DNA of 63,694 bases, filler included, from Octopus bimaculoides (GCF_001194135.2; 5 parts of 4 records of this genome joined end to end with filler, not necessarily neighbours in it), one strand, 5' to 3'. Shown: positions 1 through 13,452, counted from the first letter of the whole stretch. Numbers and translations: made by a program. Notes: a model not told the origin generated them from the letters alone.

Positions 1-511
1 CCCAACAAACCAAACTACATCTCTTCTCTTCCTCACATCTTCTCCGTCATGCACTCTACCCACCTCTCACTCCCCAACCCTATCCTCGGAGCCCTGCCTC
101 ACTGCTATCTAGCAGCCCTCCACACCCTTTGTATACCGGGGTTTTCACTGCTCCCTACATTCCCCACCCCCACTCCCTACTCACTTTTCTTTAGCAATGT
201 CCTGCCATTTATAACCCCTGTACCTCAAGGGCAATACCCTGCCACTTGCCACCATCTGAATCTCTCTCTCTGCTTTTACTTGACCATCCCATTTTCTGAT
301 CCCTGTCCCTTGTGAGTATGCCCAGCATTTTGCCACCATCTCTATCCTGATGTCTCCCACTCTCTCTCTCTCCGGCTGGCTCAGTAACCTTGTACCTCCT
401 CTACAACAAAACACCTGCTTCTCTCTCTCTGTCTCGCTATAACCTTTCAACATCTGACACAAGATCCCCTCTGCCAATGCCCCCTCCCCACTCAAAAGAT
501 CTGTCTTGCAA

Positions 512-733
512 GTTACTTGGTGACCCTGTCAGTGCAGGTGCCACTTAAAAAGCATCCAGTCCACACTGTGAAGTGGTTGGCATTTGGAAGGGCATCCAGC
601 TATTAAGATCCTGCCAAAACAGACACAGAAGTCTGGTGCAGGCTTCTGCCTGGCCTGGCCTGGCCTGGTCAAACCGTCCAACCCAGGCCAGCATGGAAGG
701 TGGACGTTAAACGATGATGATGATGATGATGAT
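512..733 (+). mobile_element. Older RTE-type (GAT)n-tailed element
   Basis: GTGGTTGGCATTTGGAAGGGCATCCAGCT...CCAACCCAGGCCAGCATGGAAGGTGGACGTTAAACGATGATG. Further diverged copies at ~4921-5110(-), 5360-5500(+), 5652-5810(-), 7240-7400(+), 10574-10748(-), 19365-19540(-), 22550-22722(+), 25935-26060(-). Confidence 0.7.
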
Positions 734-1631
734 ATATATAGTCATCATCATTTTAACGCCCACATTTCAATGCTCACCTGGGTTNNNNNNNNNNNNNNNN
801 NNNNNNNNNNNNNNNNNNNNNNNNNNNNNNNNNNNNNNNNNNNNNNNNNNNNNNNNNNNNNNNNNNNNNNNNNNNNNNNNNNNNNNNNNNNNNNNNNNNN
901 NNNNNNNNNNNNNNNNNNNNNNNNNNNNNNNNNNNNNNNNNNNNNNNNNNNNNNNNNNNNNNNNNNNNNNNNNNNNNNNNNNNNNNNNNNNNNNNNNNNN
1001 NNNNNNNNNNNNNNNNNNNNNNNNNNNNNNNNNNNNNNNNNNNNNNNNNNNNNNNNNNNNNNNNNNNNNNNNNNNNNNNNNNNNNNNNNNNNNNNNNNNN
1101 NNNNNNNNNNNNNNNNNNNNNNNNNNNNNNNNNNNNNNNNNNNNNNNNNNNNNNNNNNNNNNNNNNNNNNNNNNNNNNNNNNNNNNNNNNNNNNNNNNNN
1201 NNNNNNNNNNNNNNNNNNNNNNNNNNNNNNNNNNNNNNNNNNNNNNNNNNNNNNNNNNNNNNNNNNNNNNNNNNNNNNNNNNNNNNNNNNNNNNNNNNNN
1301 NNNNNNNNNNNNNNNNNNNNNNNNNNNNNNNNNNNNNNNNNNNNNNNNNNNNNNNNNNNNNNNNNNNNNNNNNNNNNNNNNNNNNNNNNNNNNNNNNNNN
1401 NNNNNNNNNNNNNNNNNNNNNNNNNNNNNNNNNNNNNNNNNNNNNNNNNNNNNNNNNNNNNNNNNNNNNNNNNNNNNNNNNNNNNNNNNNNNNNNNNNNN
1501 NNNNNNNNNNNNNNNNNNNNNNNNNNNNNNNNNNNNNNNNNNNNNNNNNNNNNNNNNNNNNNNNNNNNNNNNNNNNNNNNNNNNNNNNNNNNNNNNNNNN
1601 NNNNNNNNNNNNNNNNNNNNNNNNNNNNNNN

Positions 1632-1823
1632 GCGGGTGACACGTAAAAGCACCCACTACACTCTCTGAGTGGTTGGCGTTAGGAAGGGCATCCAGCTGTA
1701 GAAACTCTGCCAAATTAGATTGGAGCCTGGTGTTGCCATCCGGTTTCACCAGTCCTCAGTCAAATCGTCCAACCCATGCTAGCATGGAAGGCGGACGTTA
1801 AACGATGATGATGATGATGATGA
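1632..1823 (+). mobile_element. Young RTE-type 3' tail ending in (GAT)n (LINE 3' end or LINE-tailed SINE)
   Basis: GACACGTAAAAGCACCCACTACACTCTCTGAGTGGTTGGCGTTAGGAAGGGCATCC...CCCATGCTAGCATGG...AAACGATGATGAT; only a few mismatches to the copies at 23038 and 25157. Confidence 0.8.
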
Positions 1824-2027
1824 TATATATAGTCATCATCATTTTAACGCCCACATTTCAATGCTCACCTGGGTTGGGAGGTATTTGTCAAGGCAGGTGT
1901 TTTGTAGCTTGATGCCCTTTCTGTCGCCAAGCCTCGCCTTTTTTCAAGGTCATACTTCCCCCTATCCAGAATGTTTCCATGGAAATGTAAGACACCACTT
2001 GTGTGACAGTAACGCTCATTTACAAGA

Positions 2028-2240
2028 GAAAAAGAGAAGTAAGAAGGTGTGCAGATAGTATCTTAACAGCTGTTTCAAAGAATAGATGCACAAATGAACA
2101 ATGGCTATCCATATAGTAGGTACCAATTCCATCATTGGGACAGCTACTGTTCATTTGTAGGAAAATGCACCATATGCCCACCTATTCTTCGAAACAGCTG
2201 TTAAGCAACTATCTGCACACCTTCTTACTTCCCTTTTTTC
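2028..2240. repeat. ~210-bp imperfect inverted repeat (hairpin)
   Basis: GAAGTAAGAAGGTGTGCAGATAGT.TCTTAACAGCTGTTTC.AAGAATAG (2036-2085) pairs with 2182-2231. Inner pair ACAAATGAACA / TGTTCATTTGT. Confidence 0.8.
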
Positions 2241-2939
2241 TTTGTGATTTATTCTCTTGTAACAACTCAACCCTTATTTTTTAAAATATGTCACAATCTA
2301 ACCTGATACAACTTTATCTGTCTGTTTACAAGTTTGTTCTATTATACTTGTACCTGTTTAAGTGATAAATCACCAACGGCCAATCATTGTTAGGCAGCTA
2401 ACAACTCTATTTAGTTGCAGTTCATGTTTGAACCCTAACTGCATCATGTATTTCATTACCTGAATTCCATTTGATATATATCAGCATCATCATCATCGTT
2501 TAATGTCTGTTTTCTATGCTGGCATGGGTTGAACTACTGATGCACACATACATATACATACACATGCATATTATACATACATGTGTGTGTGTGTGTGTGT
2601 AGGCGCAAGTATGGGAAGAAGCTTGCTTCTCAACCCCATGATTTGGAGTTCAATTCCACTGCATGGCATGTCAGGTACAAAGCTTTGTGAGTGGATTTGG
2701 TATACAGAAACTGAACGCAGTCCACTGTATATATATATTTGTGTGTGTGCACAATACTGTCTCCTTGCCTTCATTTCACATGATAGCTGTAATGGCAGCA
2801 GGAGCCTTTTTTTTCAATCTTACACAAAAATGTGTCTGGCCTTGGGGTGGGGGGAATATTACCTTGCCTAGGAGCAAATGAGAGTTGGTGACAGGAAGGG
2901 CATCTGACCATAAAAAAGTCTGAGGTGGAACATGTCATC

Positions 2940-3530
2940 AAGAAGATGAGAAAACATAAAACTCCAAGGTCAGATACAATAACATGTGAAATGTTAGAAG
3001 CGCCAGAAGATTATGGCAGTAAAAAATTCACAGACCTTTTCAATGACATCTAGGAGTCTGGATACTTCCTTCATGACTTCAAAACACTCTGCTAAAAAAT
3101 CCTAAGTCCAATGAGTGCTCTGACTTCAAGGAAGAATAAAAATCAAAATGCAGAAGTCAGTGAGCAGCAATTTGGATTTAGAGCTGAGATAGAAAAGAAT
3201 ACGCAAGAAGAGGGAGAATCTATCTGTTTGCTTGAAAGATCAAGTTAAAATATTTGACTGCATACAGCATGGAGAGCTGAGAAGGAAAGGATATTAGAAC
3301 CTTCTGTGTTCTAGTGGAACCGAAATGCGGCCATTAAAGTAGACCAGGAATTGTCAGCGCCATCAGATAGTAAAAGAGGTGTAAAACAAGAATGTGTGCT
3401 ATCACCATAGCTCTTTAATAACTACACTGAGTATATATTCAGAGAATCGAACGAGATCAAAGGACTTAGGGTCAATGACATGAACATATGCAATATAAGA
3501 TACTAGCTGGCCCCATGCTGTCAATAAATG
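2940..3530 (+). mobile_element. Heavily decayed RTE/BovB-like RT fragment
   Basis: Remnants resembling KAPGPDxITxEML (ACTCCAAGGTCAGATACAATAACATGTGAAATGTTA), later GVKQECVLSP (GVRQGCxLSP-like) and LFNNYTEYIFRE. Confidence 0.6.
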
Positions 3531-5257
3531 ACGGCGAATTGTAGCATTTTATGATATAAATCAAATTAATAGATTTGTCAATGTAATCTGGTGGTTATCT
3601 TTTGACACGTGACATCGATTGTTACTGAAAGAACGTTGATTCACACATACCTCCCTTGTACATGCACACACATACATACATATACTCACACAGAGTTGAA
3701 ACGCTGTTTGATTTTTTTTTTCACTGTAGAATTTCCATCATCCCACCACCAAGTTTGCCATCACCCCTTCCTTCTTTACTCATCTATCACCCCTTCTTTT
3801 CTCATTCATATGTTGTGACAGAGAAAGACACAAGAGTATTACAGCAGATGATGATGATCCAGCATTACTTTAGTAATGTAAGGATCTACTTTCATAACAT
3901 TTTGACAACAAGGTGGAAAAAGGGTAAATAGAAAACCATCTGCATTCACCAGACCCCATGCGGCTACACATGAAGAGCAAAAAGCTGGGGGGGAAAGTGA
4001 TGGTGGCTGGGATGCTTTCACATCACTCAACCATTGCCTCAGCCTCTACAACACCCTACCTCCTACTTCTCTTTCATTGAAACCCTCCTCCTCCCATGGT
4101 TTCTTTGACAATCATCAGTCACCCTCCCTCTCTGCTCTCTTTCACTAACCATCTCCTCATGAGTCCATCTTCTCTTGTCTCTTTGTCGTACTCCCTTCCC
4201 CACTGCTCACATTAACCTGTTCATATTCACCGATAAAATAAGGGGTAACACCCACCCCTCTTTACAATTCTGACTCTGCCTCCACATCAACACTGTCTCT
4301 TCTATTAACCCCTGCTCTACCATCCACTGATGTGAAATTATTATTACACTTTATCCTCTCTTAACACATCCCCTGAAGCCCAGCCTCTCTCTCATCAGCC
4401 TTCCATCGATCCTCTCAGGGTTTCTTTGGTCTTGGGAGTCACACAGCAACCTCACTAATGGTGGTGCCATGAGAAAATGTAATCAATACATTCTGTGAAG
4501 TAGTTGGTGGTAGGAAGAACATCTAAACTGATGACAAAATAAGGACTGGTTCTCTGTCCCATCTAGGAGGGCTACAACTGCGTGTAAGAGCTGGCTACAA
4601 CCATAACAAATCCTCCAAACCATGCAAAACGGACATAAAATGTTGATGGTGATTGTGTGTGTGTGAGTGTGTGCCTCATAGAGATATATATTCATATATA
4701 TACATGTTTTTGATCCACAGACAGAAGATAAACTGTTTTTACTTCAAAACCTTTATAAATTTTTACTGATATTTGATAAGATGAGATTCATCAAAACCAG
4801 TAATTTTATCTTTATATAATTTTAAAAATCATTTTTATTAAATTCCTTCTTAAATTGAAATGTCTCAGATTTGCTTCTGTGCTATTTCCACTCCTTCTTT
4901 TATATATATATATATATAAATCATCATCATTGTTTAACATCCACTTTCCATGCTGGCATGGGTTGGACGGATTGACTGGCGACTGGCAAGTCAGGAGGCT
5001 GCACCAGGCTCCACTCTGATCTGGCAAGGTTTCTACAGCTGGATGCCCTTCCTAATGCCAACCACTCTGAGAGTGTAGTGAGTGGTTTTACATGCCACTG
5101 GCACAGGAGCCAGTCAGGTAGGCCGGGCATCAATTACATTCAGATAGTGCTTTTTATGTGCCACCGACACAGGGGCCAGTCAGGGGTTTCTGGCATTGGT
5201 CATGTTTGGATGGTGCTTTTTACATATCACCGGCACAAAACCTCTCTAAGAGTGGCT

Positions 5258-5329
<72 letters not shown>

Positions 5330-5811
5330 TACAAATATATATATATATATTTTTTAATCATGCAAGTACTTGGTGACACTCTCAGTGCAGGTGTCACTTA
5401 AAAGTACTCAGACCATACTGTAAAGTGGTTGGTGTTTGGAAGGACATCCAACTGTAGAAACCTTGCCTAAACTGACCTCACCTGTGCTTGTGCCATGCAA
5501 AAAGCAATACTAACTTAAACTGGATCCATAACTCCCATCTCAGTTACTAGCTTGGAGCCCTGATAATCCATTACAGCACTTACCCAGTATACCTATTCAT
5601 TTAGATCACCAGTGAACTAAACGCCCATATTCTCTGTGTGTATATATATATATCATCATCATCATCATTTAACATTCATTGTCCATGCTGGTATGCTGGA
5701 AGGCTGCACCAGATTCCAGTCTGATTTGGCATGCTTTCTATGGCTGGATGCCCTTCCTAATGCCAACCACTCAGCAGAGTGTAATGGGTGCTTTACATGC
5801 CACCAGCATGA

Positions 5812-5867
<56 letters not shown>

Positions 5868-6689
5868 GTATACAATATAATATAAAGAAAAGGGAGAGTG
5901 TGAGCACAGGAAATATATATAGATAGATATATATCTTTATATAATAGTCAATTTGCACGTTTCAGTTTCTCACTTACATTCATATTTTACAATTAAAATT
6001 GCATTATGAATTTGAAAGGTAAAATCTGTTCAGGGCAAAATTGACATATTCATTTACATCCTAATGGATGGAGGGTTCCTTACAGACTGAATAGCAGCAT
6101 GTGTATGTGTGTGTGAGCATGTGTGTCTTTGGATTCCATTTTAAAATAACTAGATGTTAAACTATGACTACAGTGGGCGATGGCTCGTTGCAGTCTTGAA
6201 GAGCTAGGTCATACTATAATTCACCCTTAATGGAATTTAGATCAGTTTTATAGCAGCTGGCTGCCATGCCTTTCCCTACTCACTTGTCAATGAATAAAAA
6301 GTAAAAGTATATACATATTAATAAGTATCCAAATCAATATATTTATTCAAATTCTACTTAGTTGTGAGAATTTCAATTTTTATTACAATTTTTTATTTAT
6401 TTAGATGTATTAGTCTTGTTTGTTGATAGTTTGGGTTATATATATATTTAGTTAAATTAATTTTTATAGATTTTAAAGGGGATACGATTCACTATGTATC
6501 ACATGTATGGAGTTGGACTATTTTCAAATGGTAAGAGTACATTTCATTTTAAAATTTGTTCCTATGTTTATTTTGTATGCAGAAGATGCACAGGATCCAT
6601 AAAATCTTTAGAGATCTGGGAAATTGATTTACTCAAATGCCTTGGTGGCTCATTAGAGGTAGTAGATAATTTCTGATACCTAGAGGACT

Positions 6690-7200
6690 AAATTAGTAGT
6701 GGGGGGGATGGAGCATAGAGAGTGTGGTAGCTAGAATAAGAAGAAGATGGAGAAAGTTCAGAGAACTGTTACTTTTGCTGGTTACGAAAGGTTTCTCTCT
6801 CTGAGTGAAAGGAAGATTGTATGATGCATGTATGTGGACAGCAATTCCACATGGTAGTGAGATGTGGACCCTGAATGCAGAGGGCATGTGAAGGTTAGAA
6901 GGGAATGAGGCTAGTATGCTCTGCTGGATGTGTGATATAAGTGTACATGTTCTGCAGAGTGCTAGTGTTCTGAGAGAGAAGCTAGGCATAAGAGGAATTG
7001 GTTGTTGCGAGCAAGAGAGAAGACTGCATTGGTTTGGTCATGTGATGTGGATGTACGCCGACAGCTCCATAAAGAAGTATTGGAGACTGAAGAGGTACTA
7101 AAGAATGATCTCAGGACACTGAACTTTTCAGTCGAGACGGCAAACGGCTGAGGTGCCTGGGGCCTTGCTGTACGCAAGAAAACCTGTACCCTGCAACAAA
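6690..7200 (+). mobile_element. RTE LINE C-terminal/3' fragment
   Basis: ARIRRRWRKFRELL, GRLYDAC, HGSEMW, NEASMLCWMC, LREKLGIRGI and RRLHWFGHV motifs across frames. Confidence 0.8.
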
Positions 7201-7405
7201 AGTGTTAAGATTGATCTCTCTGGTGTAAAGTGTTCATGATGGTGCCAGCAGACTCAGTAAAGTGGTTGGCGTTAGGAAGAGCATCCAGCCGTGGAAACCA
7301 TGGTGAAGTAGACTGGACTCTGGTGCAGCTGCTCAGCTTGCCAGCTCTGGTCAAACTGTCCAACGTATGACAGCATGGGCAACGGATGTTGAATGAAGAT
7401 TAGGG

Positions 7406-7489
<84 letters not shown>

Positions 7490-7495
7490 TTTATA

Positions 7496-8930
7496 GGCAC
7501 AGGAGTGGCAGTGTGGTAAGTAGCTCGCTTACCAACCACATGGTTCTGGGTTCAGTCCCACTATGTGGCACCTAGGCCAAGCATCTTCTACTATAGCCTC
7601 GGGCTGACCAAAGCCTTATGAGTGGATTTGGTAGAGAGAAACTGAAAGAAGCCCATTGTGTATATATCCATATATATNNNNNNNNNNNNNNNNNNNNNNN
7701 NNNNNNNNNNNNNNNNNNNNNNNNNNNNNNNNNNNNNNNNNNNNNNNNNNNNNNNNNNNNNNNNNNNNNNNNNNNNNNNNNNNNNNNNNNNNNNNNNNNN
7801 NNNNNNNNNNNNNNNNNNNNNNNNNNNNNNNNNNNNNNNNNNNNNNNNNNNNNNNNNNNNNNNNNNNNNNNNNNNNNNNNNNNNNNNNNNNNNNNNNNNN
7901 NNNNNNNNNNNNNNNNNNNNNNNNNNNNNNNNNNNNNNNATTATCCATACAATTTCAAAATAAGGTGATTAAAATCAAAATAAGCAACAAGGATATCCAG
8001 AAGTTATGCAGTACGATCATTTCAAGCAACTCCATTTAATTGAACAATGCAATCATTACATCAATTTAAATGCAGAGCAATCCTCAGCTGCACAAAGACA
8101 TAGAATTTAATTAAATTAAATCAGATGGACACATTAGTATAATTTTACCTAACTACTCCAAGAAGGTAAGGAGATAGACAAAGATCATGCTGCCTTCACT
8201 TCAGCTTAGAAGCTACTAAGGTATCAGGAAGAAAGACTTGTTACAGATTTTGCTTGTCACTGTTTTATGGGGTCAGTTTTAATTTATAGACTAGGTTTAT
8301 CAAATTTTTGTATATCTAAGGCCAAAAGTGCAAAATCTGTAACAAGTCTTTCTTCCGGATACCTTAGTACCTTCTAAGTTGAAGTGAAGGCACCATGTTC
8401 TTTGTCTATCTCCTTACCTTCTTCAAGATTTTAGGTAAAATTATACTGTGTCCATCTGTTTTAATTTAATTAAATTCTATGTCTTCGTGCAGCTGAGGAT
8501 TGCTCTGCATTTAAATTGATGTAATGGTTGCATTGTTCAATTAAATGGAGTTGCATGAAACGATTATACTGCATTACCTCTGGATATCCTTGTTGCTTAT
8601 TTTGATATATATATATGTGTGTGTNNNNNNNNNNNNNNNNNNNNNNNNNNNNNNNNNNNNNNNNNNNNNNNNNNNNNNNNNNNNNNNNNNNNNNNNNNNN
8701 NNNNNNNNNATATATATGTATGTGTGTGTGTGCGTGTGTATGTTTGTCTCCCCTAACATCGCTTGACAACCGATGCTGGTGTGTTTACGTCCTCGTAACT
8801 TAGTGGTTCAGCAAAAGAGACCAATAGAATAAGTACTAGGCTTACAAAGAATAAATCCTGGGGTCAATTTGCTTGACTAAAGGCAGTGCTCCAGCATGGT
8901 CGCAGTCAAACGACTGAACGAAATAAAAGA
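7496..8930 (+). mobile_element. Same CORE-like SINE, split by gaps and a nested foldback element in its internal microsatellite
   Basis: 5' half at 7496-7660 and 3' half at ~8735-8930 match the 34763-35146 copy. Confidence 0.8.
7974..8606. mobile_element. Foldback/MITE-like element: ~280-bp inverted arms with a 76-bp spacer
   Basis: Left arm 7974-8253 (ATCAAAATAAGCAACAAGGATATCCAG...ACAGATTTTGC) is the reverse complement of right arm 8330-8606 (GCAAAATCTGT...CTGGATATCCTTGTTGCTTATTTTGAT), roughly 90% by eye. Confidence 0.85.
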
Positions 8931-9659
8931 CTACACACACTTAATGGTGCAGCCATGGCTGTGTGGTTAACAAGTTCCTGCATTTATGCATGGTTTCTAG
9001 TTCAATCCCAATACTAGTTTCCAATTCAGTCCCAGTGTCAGTTTCTTCCACTCTCACTTAGTCTGACCAAAACCTTAGGAATGGGTTTCATGGATGGAAA
9101 CCAAAAGAAGCCTGTGTTTATGTCTCAATGCCCTGACATTGTGCAATATTTTTAAACAAGCAACAACATTACAAGCAGTGTTGTTTGTTTTCAGTTTCCA
9201 ACCATACACAAAAAAGAGATACCTTGATTGGAAACAGGTGAGGATTAGCCACAGGAAGAACATCTAATAGAAGGAAACCTGCATCAATGAATTCCATCCG
9301 ACCCATGCAAGCATCAAAATAATTCAAAACCGATTTCTTCCTACTAGAGAAACTCCCATTAAGCTTTTGAAAACTTAGGACATCAGTGTTCTTTTTGTCT
9401 GTTAATTTAATGGTTGTAAATGTAAAAGGTCCCCCAGGGATTTCCTCATTAATTAGCTTGAACCAAGGCGGTGAGATGGCAGAATTGTTAGCATGCTGGA
9501 CAAAATGCTTAGCAGTATTTCACCTGTCGCTACGTTCTGAGTTCAAATTCCACCAAGGTCAACTTTGCTTTTCATCCTTTCGGGATCGACTAGTCCCCTT
9601 CCCTCAAATTTCAGGCCTTATGCCTATAGTAGAAATGATTAAGTAGCTTGAACCAGTTG

Positions 9660-10320
9660 GATTAGCTTCAATAGAACCCTGATCAAACAGACCCCGAGAT
9701 AAAAGCTGTCCACTACACTTGTTATGCATCCATTACATAAACATAAGGCAGTTTCCACCAAATCTTTTTCTGCGTCTCAGTACAGCCATTTCTCTCATAC
9801 TAACAGTATCATGTCTCTAACTTGCTACGATTTTGCTTTTGCCAAATTTACTCTGAGGATGACGCATCCCAGTTTTAGATTTGACATTCAGATCTGGAAT
9901 TCTTTCTACACAACCAGCTATGATAAGAGCTAGATCATCCATAGTCAAAAGTTTCCATAGGCAGCCAGTCTTAAATGCTTCTGTTATGACTTGTATAACA
10001 GGAGGGAATAGAGGACTGAGCTTTAATGGTGATGTGATGTATCACATATCTACACTGGGGTATCTTACCTATTGTAATCTTGTTCGGTCTCCATCGCTGT
10101 CTTTTACTTTCTCATGGATCACTCATCCTTTCTCCTACTCACTAAACCATGCCGCTGTTATAAAAGGAATGTTATTTCATGCCTCTGTATTCAATCTTGC
10201 TATCATCAGCCCTCCATTACTGTACCTTACTTCCATCACAACATATGCACTTCCAACTACCACCCTTCTTCACTACAAGCTTAGGCAACACTCTTTCCCT
10301 CTCTCTCATGTAACACTTCA
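9660..10320 (-). mobile_element. Decayed RTE LINE RT fragment with downstream Cys-rich segment
   Basis: Minus strand gives LSPLFPPVIQVITEAFKTGCLW...MDDLALIA (YADD-region equivalent), then LRVNLAK and ...WMHNKCSG remnants. Multiple stops and frameshifts. Confidence 0.7.
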
Positions 10321-11994
10321 TTGACATTTACCACTCTCACTACCCATCACACTTTGCATACTGTTTTCCTATTCAACCCTGTTACCAACAACCATCATAT
10401 AGCTGTCAGTGTCTTTTTTTCAGTTACTACCTCCCTTGACATCTCGCTCCTATTGCTCTCTTTCCTCCACATTCAGGCTATCTCTCTTCTTTCACAAGTC
10501 ACATTTTCAGCCATGTTTTCCTTAACCCTTTCATTACCATGTTTCTTTTGAAATACACTTCCTTTTGTTTCAATCATCATCATCATCGTCGTTTAACGTC
10601 CACTTTCCATGCTGGCATGGGTTGGACAGTTCAACTGGGGTCTGGGAAGTTGGGAGGCTGCATCAAGCTCCAGTGTGATCTAGCAGTGTTTCTACAGCCA
10701 GATGCCCTGCTTAACGCCAACCACTCCATGAGTGTAGTGGGTGCTTTTTAAGATCTATTTTGAAAATAATGAAGAATCTAGTAAAATAATTTGGTCATCA
10801 TTAAGCTGGCTTTTGGAACATAAATTAACATGGAATTTTGAGGGAAAGTTTTAATTTAGATCATTGAAAAAAAGAAGTCTATATCAGAGAACCAGTCAAG
10901 TTAGTATCAAAAGGAGTTAAAAAAAAAGATAGAAAGTAAAATTAGCAAGATTTGCAGGTGACAAGAGAACCTTTCCAGTGCCAGTGTCCCATTAAAATAC
11001 GAGTACACTCTGTAAAGTAATTGGTAAACAAATGGAGACTGTTAGGTAACAGAGAAGACTCTTTAGTTTTGATAAAGTGTAAAGTGGTTGGTATTAGGAA
11101 GGGCATCTGGCTGTAGAAACCAAACAAGGATTATACAGATGAGTCTACTGGATGTAATTTATTGTAACGCTAGAATTGAAGATGTTATCTTCTCTGTGAC
11201 AACACTAAAGATTCCTCTCTACATTGTTTCCAGTCTTTCACTGGCAACAGAATGATTGTCTTGTTCTCTGGCAAGACAACAGACAGTTTCCCTCCTTCTT
11301 CATTGTCTTCTTTCTTTCCCACACAACAAGGGATGGTAAAATCCCAGTGCTTAGTTGCTACTTGGTTCATTGCCCCCCCCCACCCCAAAAAAAAATGCAA
11401 AGCTAACCTCAGCAGAATTTGAACTCAAAACGTAAAGCTGGAATAAATACTGCTAAGCATTTGGTGTGCTAATGATTCTTCCAGCTCACTGACTTAATAG
11501 CTGTAAGAAGATTAATTGCAAGGAAACTTAATATCACGATGATGGGTTAGAGAGAGATGCAAATTTAGGTATTAAATACCCACCATCTCCACATTCTATC
11601 TCCTAGTTTTGCTGTAGAACAAGGAAGACACCTCCATGCATTCCAGATCACTATTTATATCATCCCATCATTCCTGTCATATACTGCTAACAATATCTAG
11701 TGAGAGAAGTATAACTCCCCATCTATAAAACCTGTAACACATCTCAGAATATCATCCCTGTCATTAGTTTCTCCAACCCAGCAGCATTTTGGAATTTGTT
11801 GTGATCTTTTTTTTATTTCAATGATGTTGAATCCCTTCACATCCATCTTTATCTAATTCTTCCTTGACTTTCCTTAGTCTCCCTCTTCTACAGGTTCCAT
11901 CAACTTGGACAATAACTGACACATCCTACTCTTATCTTTTCCATTATCTGACCACAAAATAGAGACCAGCTATAAACATGAAAGGAAAAAAATG

Positions 11995-12315
11995 GCATTC
12001 TGTTGGTTATGATGACAAGGGTTCCAGTTGATCCGATCAATGGAACAGCCTGCTCGTGGAATTAATGTAGAAGTGGCTGAGCACTCCACAGACATGTGTA
12101 ATTTTTACATAGTTCTCAGGGGGATTCAGCTTGACACAGAATGTGACAAGGCTGATCCTTTGAAATACAGTTACAACTCATTTTTGCCAGGTGAGTGAAC
12201 TGCAGCGACAAGAAATAAAGTGTCTTGCTCAAGGACACAACGCACTGCCAAGAATTGAACTCATCACCTTATGATTGTGAGCCGAATGCCCAAACCACTG
12301 AGCCATGTGCTTTCA
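11995..12315 (-). mobile_element. Older copy sharing the 3' body of the 43785-44171 SINE family
   Basis: Reverse complement matches ...GCTCAGCCACT...CACGAGCAGGCTGTTCC.TTGATC...AACTGGAACCC; tRNA-like head at the right end. Confidence 0.75.
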
Positions 12316-13452
12316 CACTGACCAGTTGCTGCATCTTTGGAAAAGTTCACAAAATACTCCTCCATAGATTATTATTCTTATCTAATCCCTACTGAAATGG
12401 TGTTGACAGCTCAGAGCTGACACATCTTGTGCCATCCCCACTCAGGTACTTCCAACTTATTCACCTCTCCATCCCTCCCCTTCCTAACCCCACACTAACC
12501 CCCTATTCCCAGTCCTTTGTCCCTCGTGCAGTTCTTAACTTTGAGCATTGATGATATGAACGTCGGAGGCCATGGGCACTGCCCTTTACTCCAGACTTAA
12601 CAAAAACAATCCTCAATAATTCAGCCTATATTCACCAGGTGGTTCCCGCCTTTGTTGAGAACCAATCAATAGACTTTGTTCCCCCTGCCCCTTTTACCAC
12701 TCCTCTAACAACTGCTTCCTCCACTTTGAGCAAATCCCTACATCAAGCTAGCTTTCTCACCAATCACACTGGGCTCTCAGTCCCTAAACCTTGGTTACTA
12801 AATATTCCATTCCACATAGAGTTTAAGGATTGTACAACTCTAGTCCTTATTGTTGGATTGCAGAGGGTCATGTGAAGTACACCTATGTTAATGAGATTTC
12901 AGGGAGAGCCTCAAACACACCAATATTACCTTCATTCTCACGTAAAGGAGACCTCCATTGCTAGACGAGGCAACACTATTTAACATGTAATCAATCAACA
13001 GAGTAATTAAGCAGATGAACAGACAGATAACTTGCTTCCGGCATTAGACTCTGGCCATGCTGGGGCACTGCCTTAAAGAATTTTAGTGAAAAGAATTCAA
13101 CCCAGTACTTCTTCTATCGGTCTCTTTTGTGAAACTGCTAAGTTGCAAGGACATAAACATACCAACGCTGGTTGTCAAGCAGTGGAAAAGAACAAACACA
13201 GACATATACACATATATATATACAATGGGATTCTTTTAGTTTTCACCAACCAAATTCACTCACAAGGCTTTGGTTGGCCTGAAGCTATAACAGAAGACAC
13301 TTGTCCAAGTTGACAAAGAAAAATTTTGATAGAGGAGCCCAGATTCATTCTAAATCCAGATGATTCTGAAGAAAAAAAAGGGGAAAAAAAAACACCAATA
13401 AAACTACCCTCTTCTGTAAAATCCACCCCAATATAAACAGTAAAATACTTAC

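Noticed and set aside
584-1749. Long ORFs of 290-350 aa
   Set aside because: They consist almost entirely of N-gap codons and are not real reading frames. The same applies to ORFs spanning the gaps at 7.7, 22.8, 29.2, 37.8 and 59.8 kb.
6575-6677. Possible next ZER1 exon (tcctctag|G YQKLSTTSNEPPRHLSKS...)
   Set aside because: It is phase-compatible but has no resemblance to the expected HLDIS LRR continuation and runs into a stop without a good donor.
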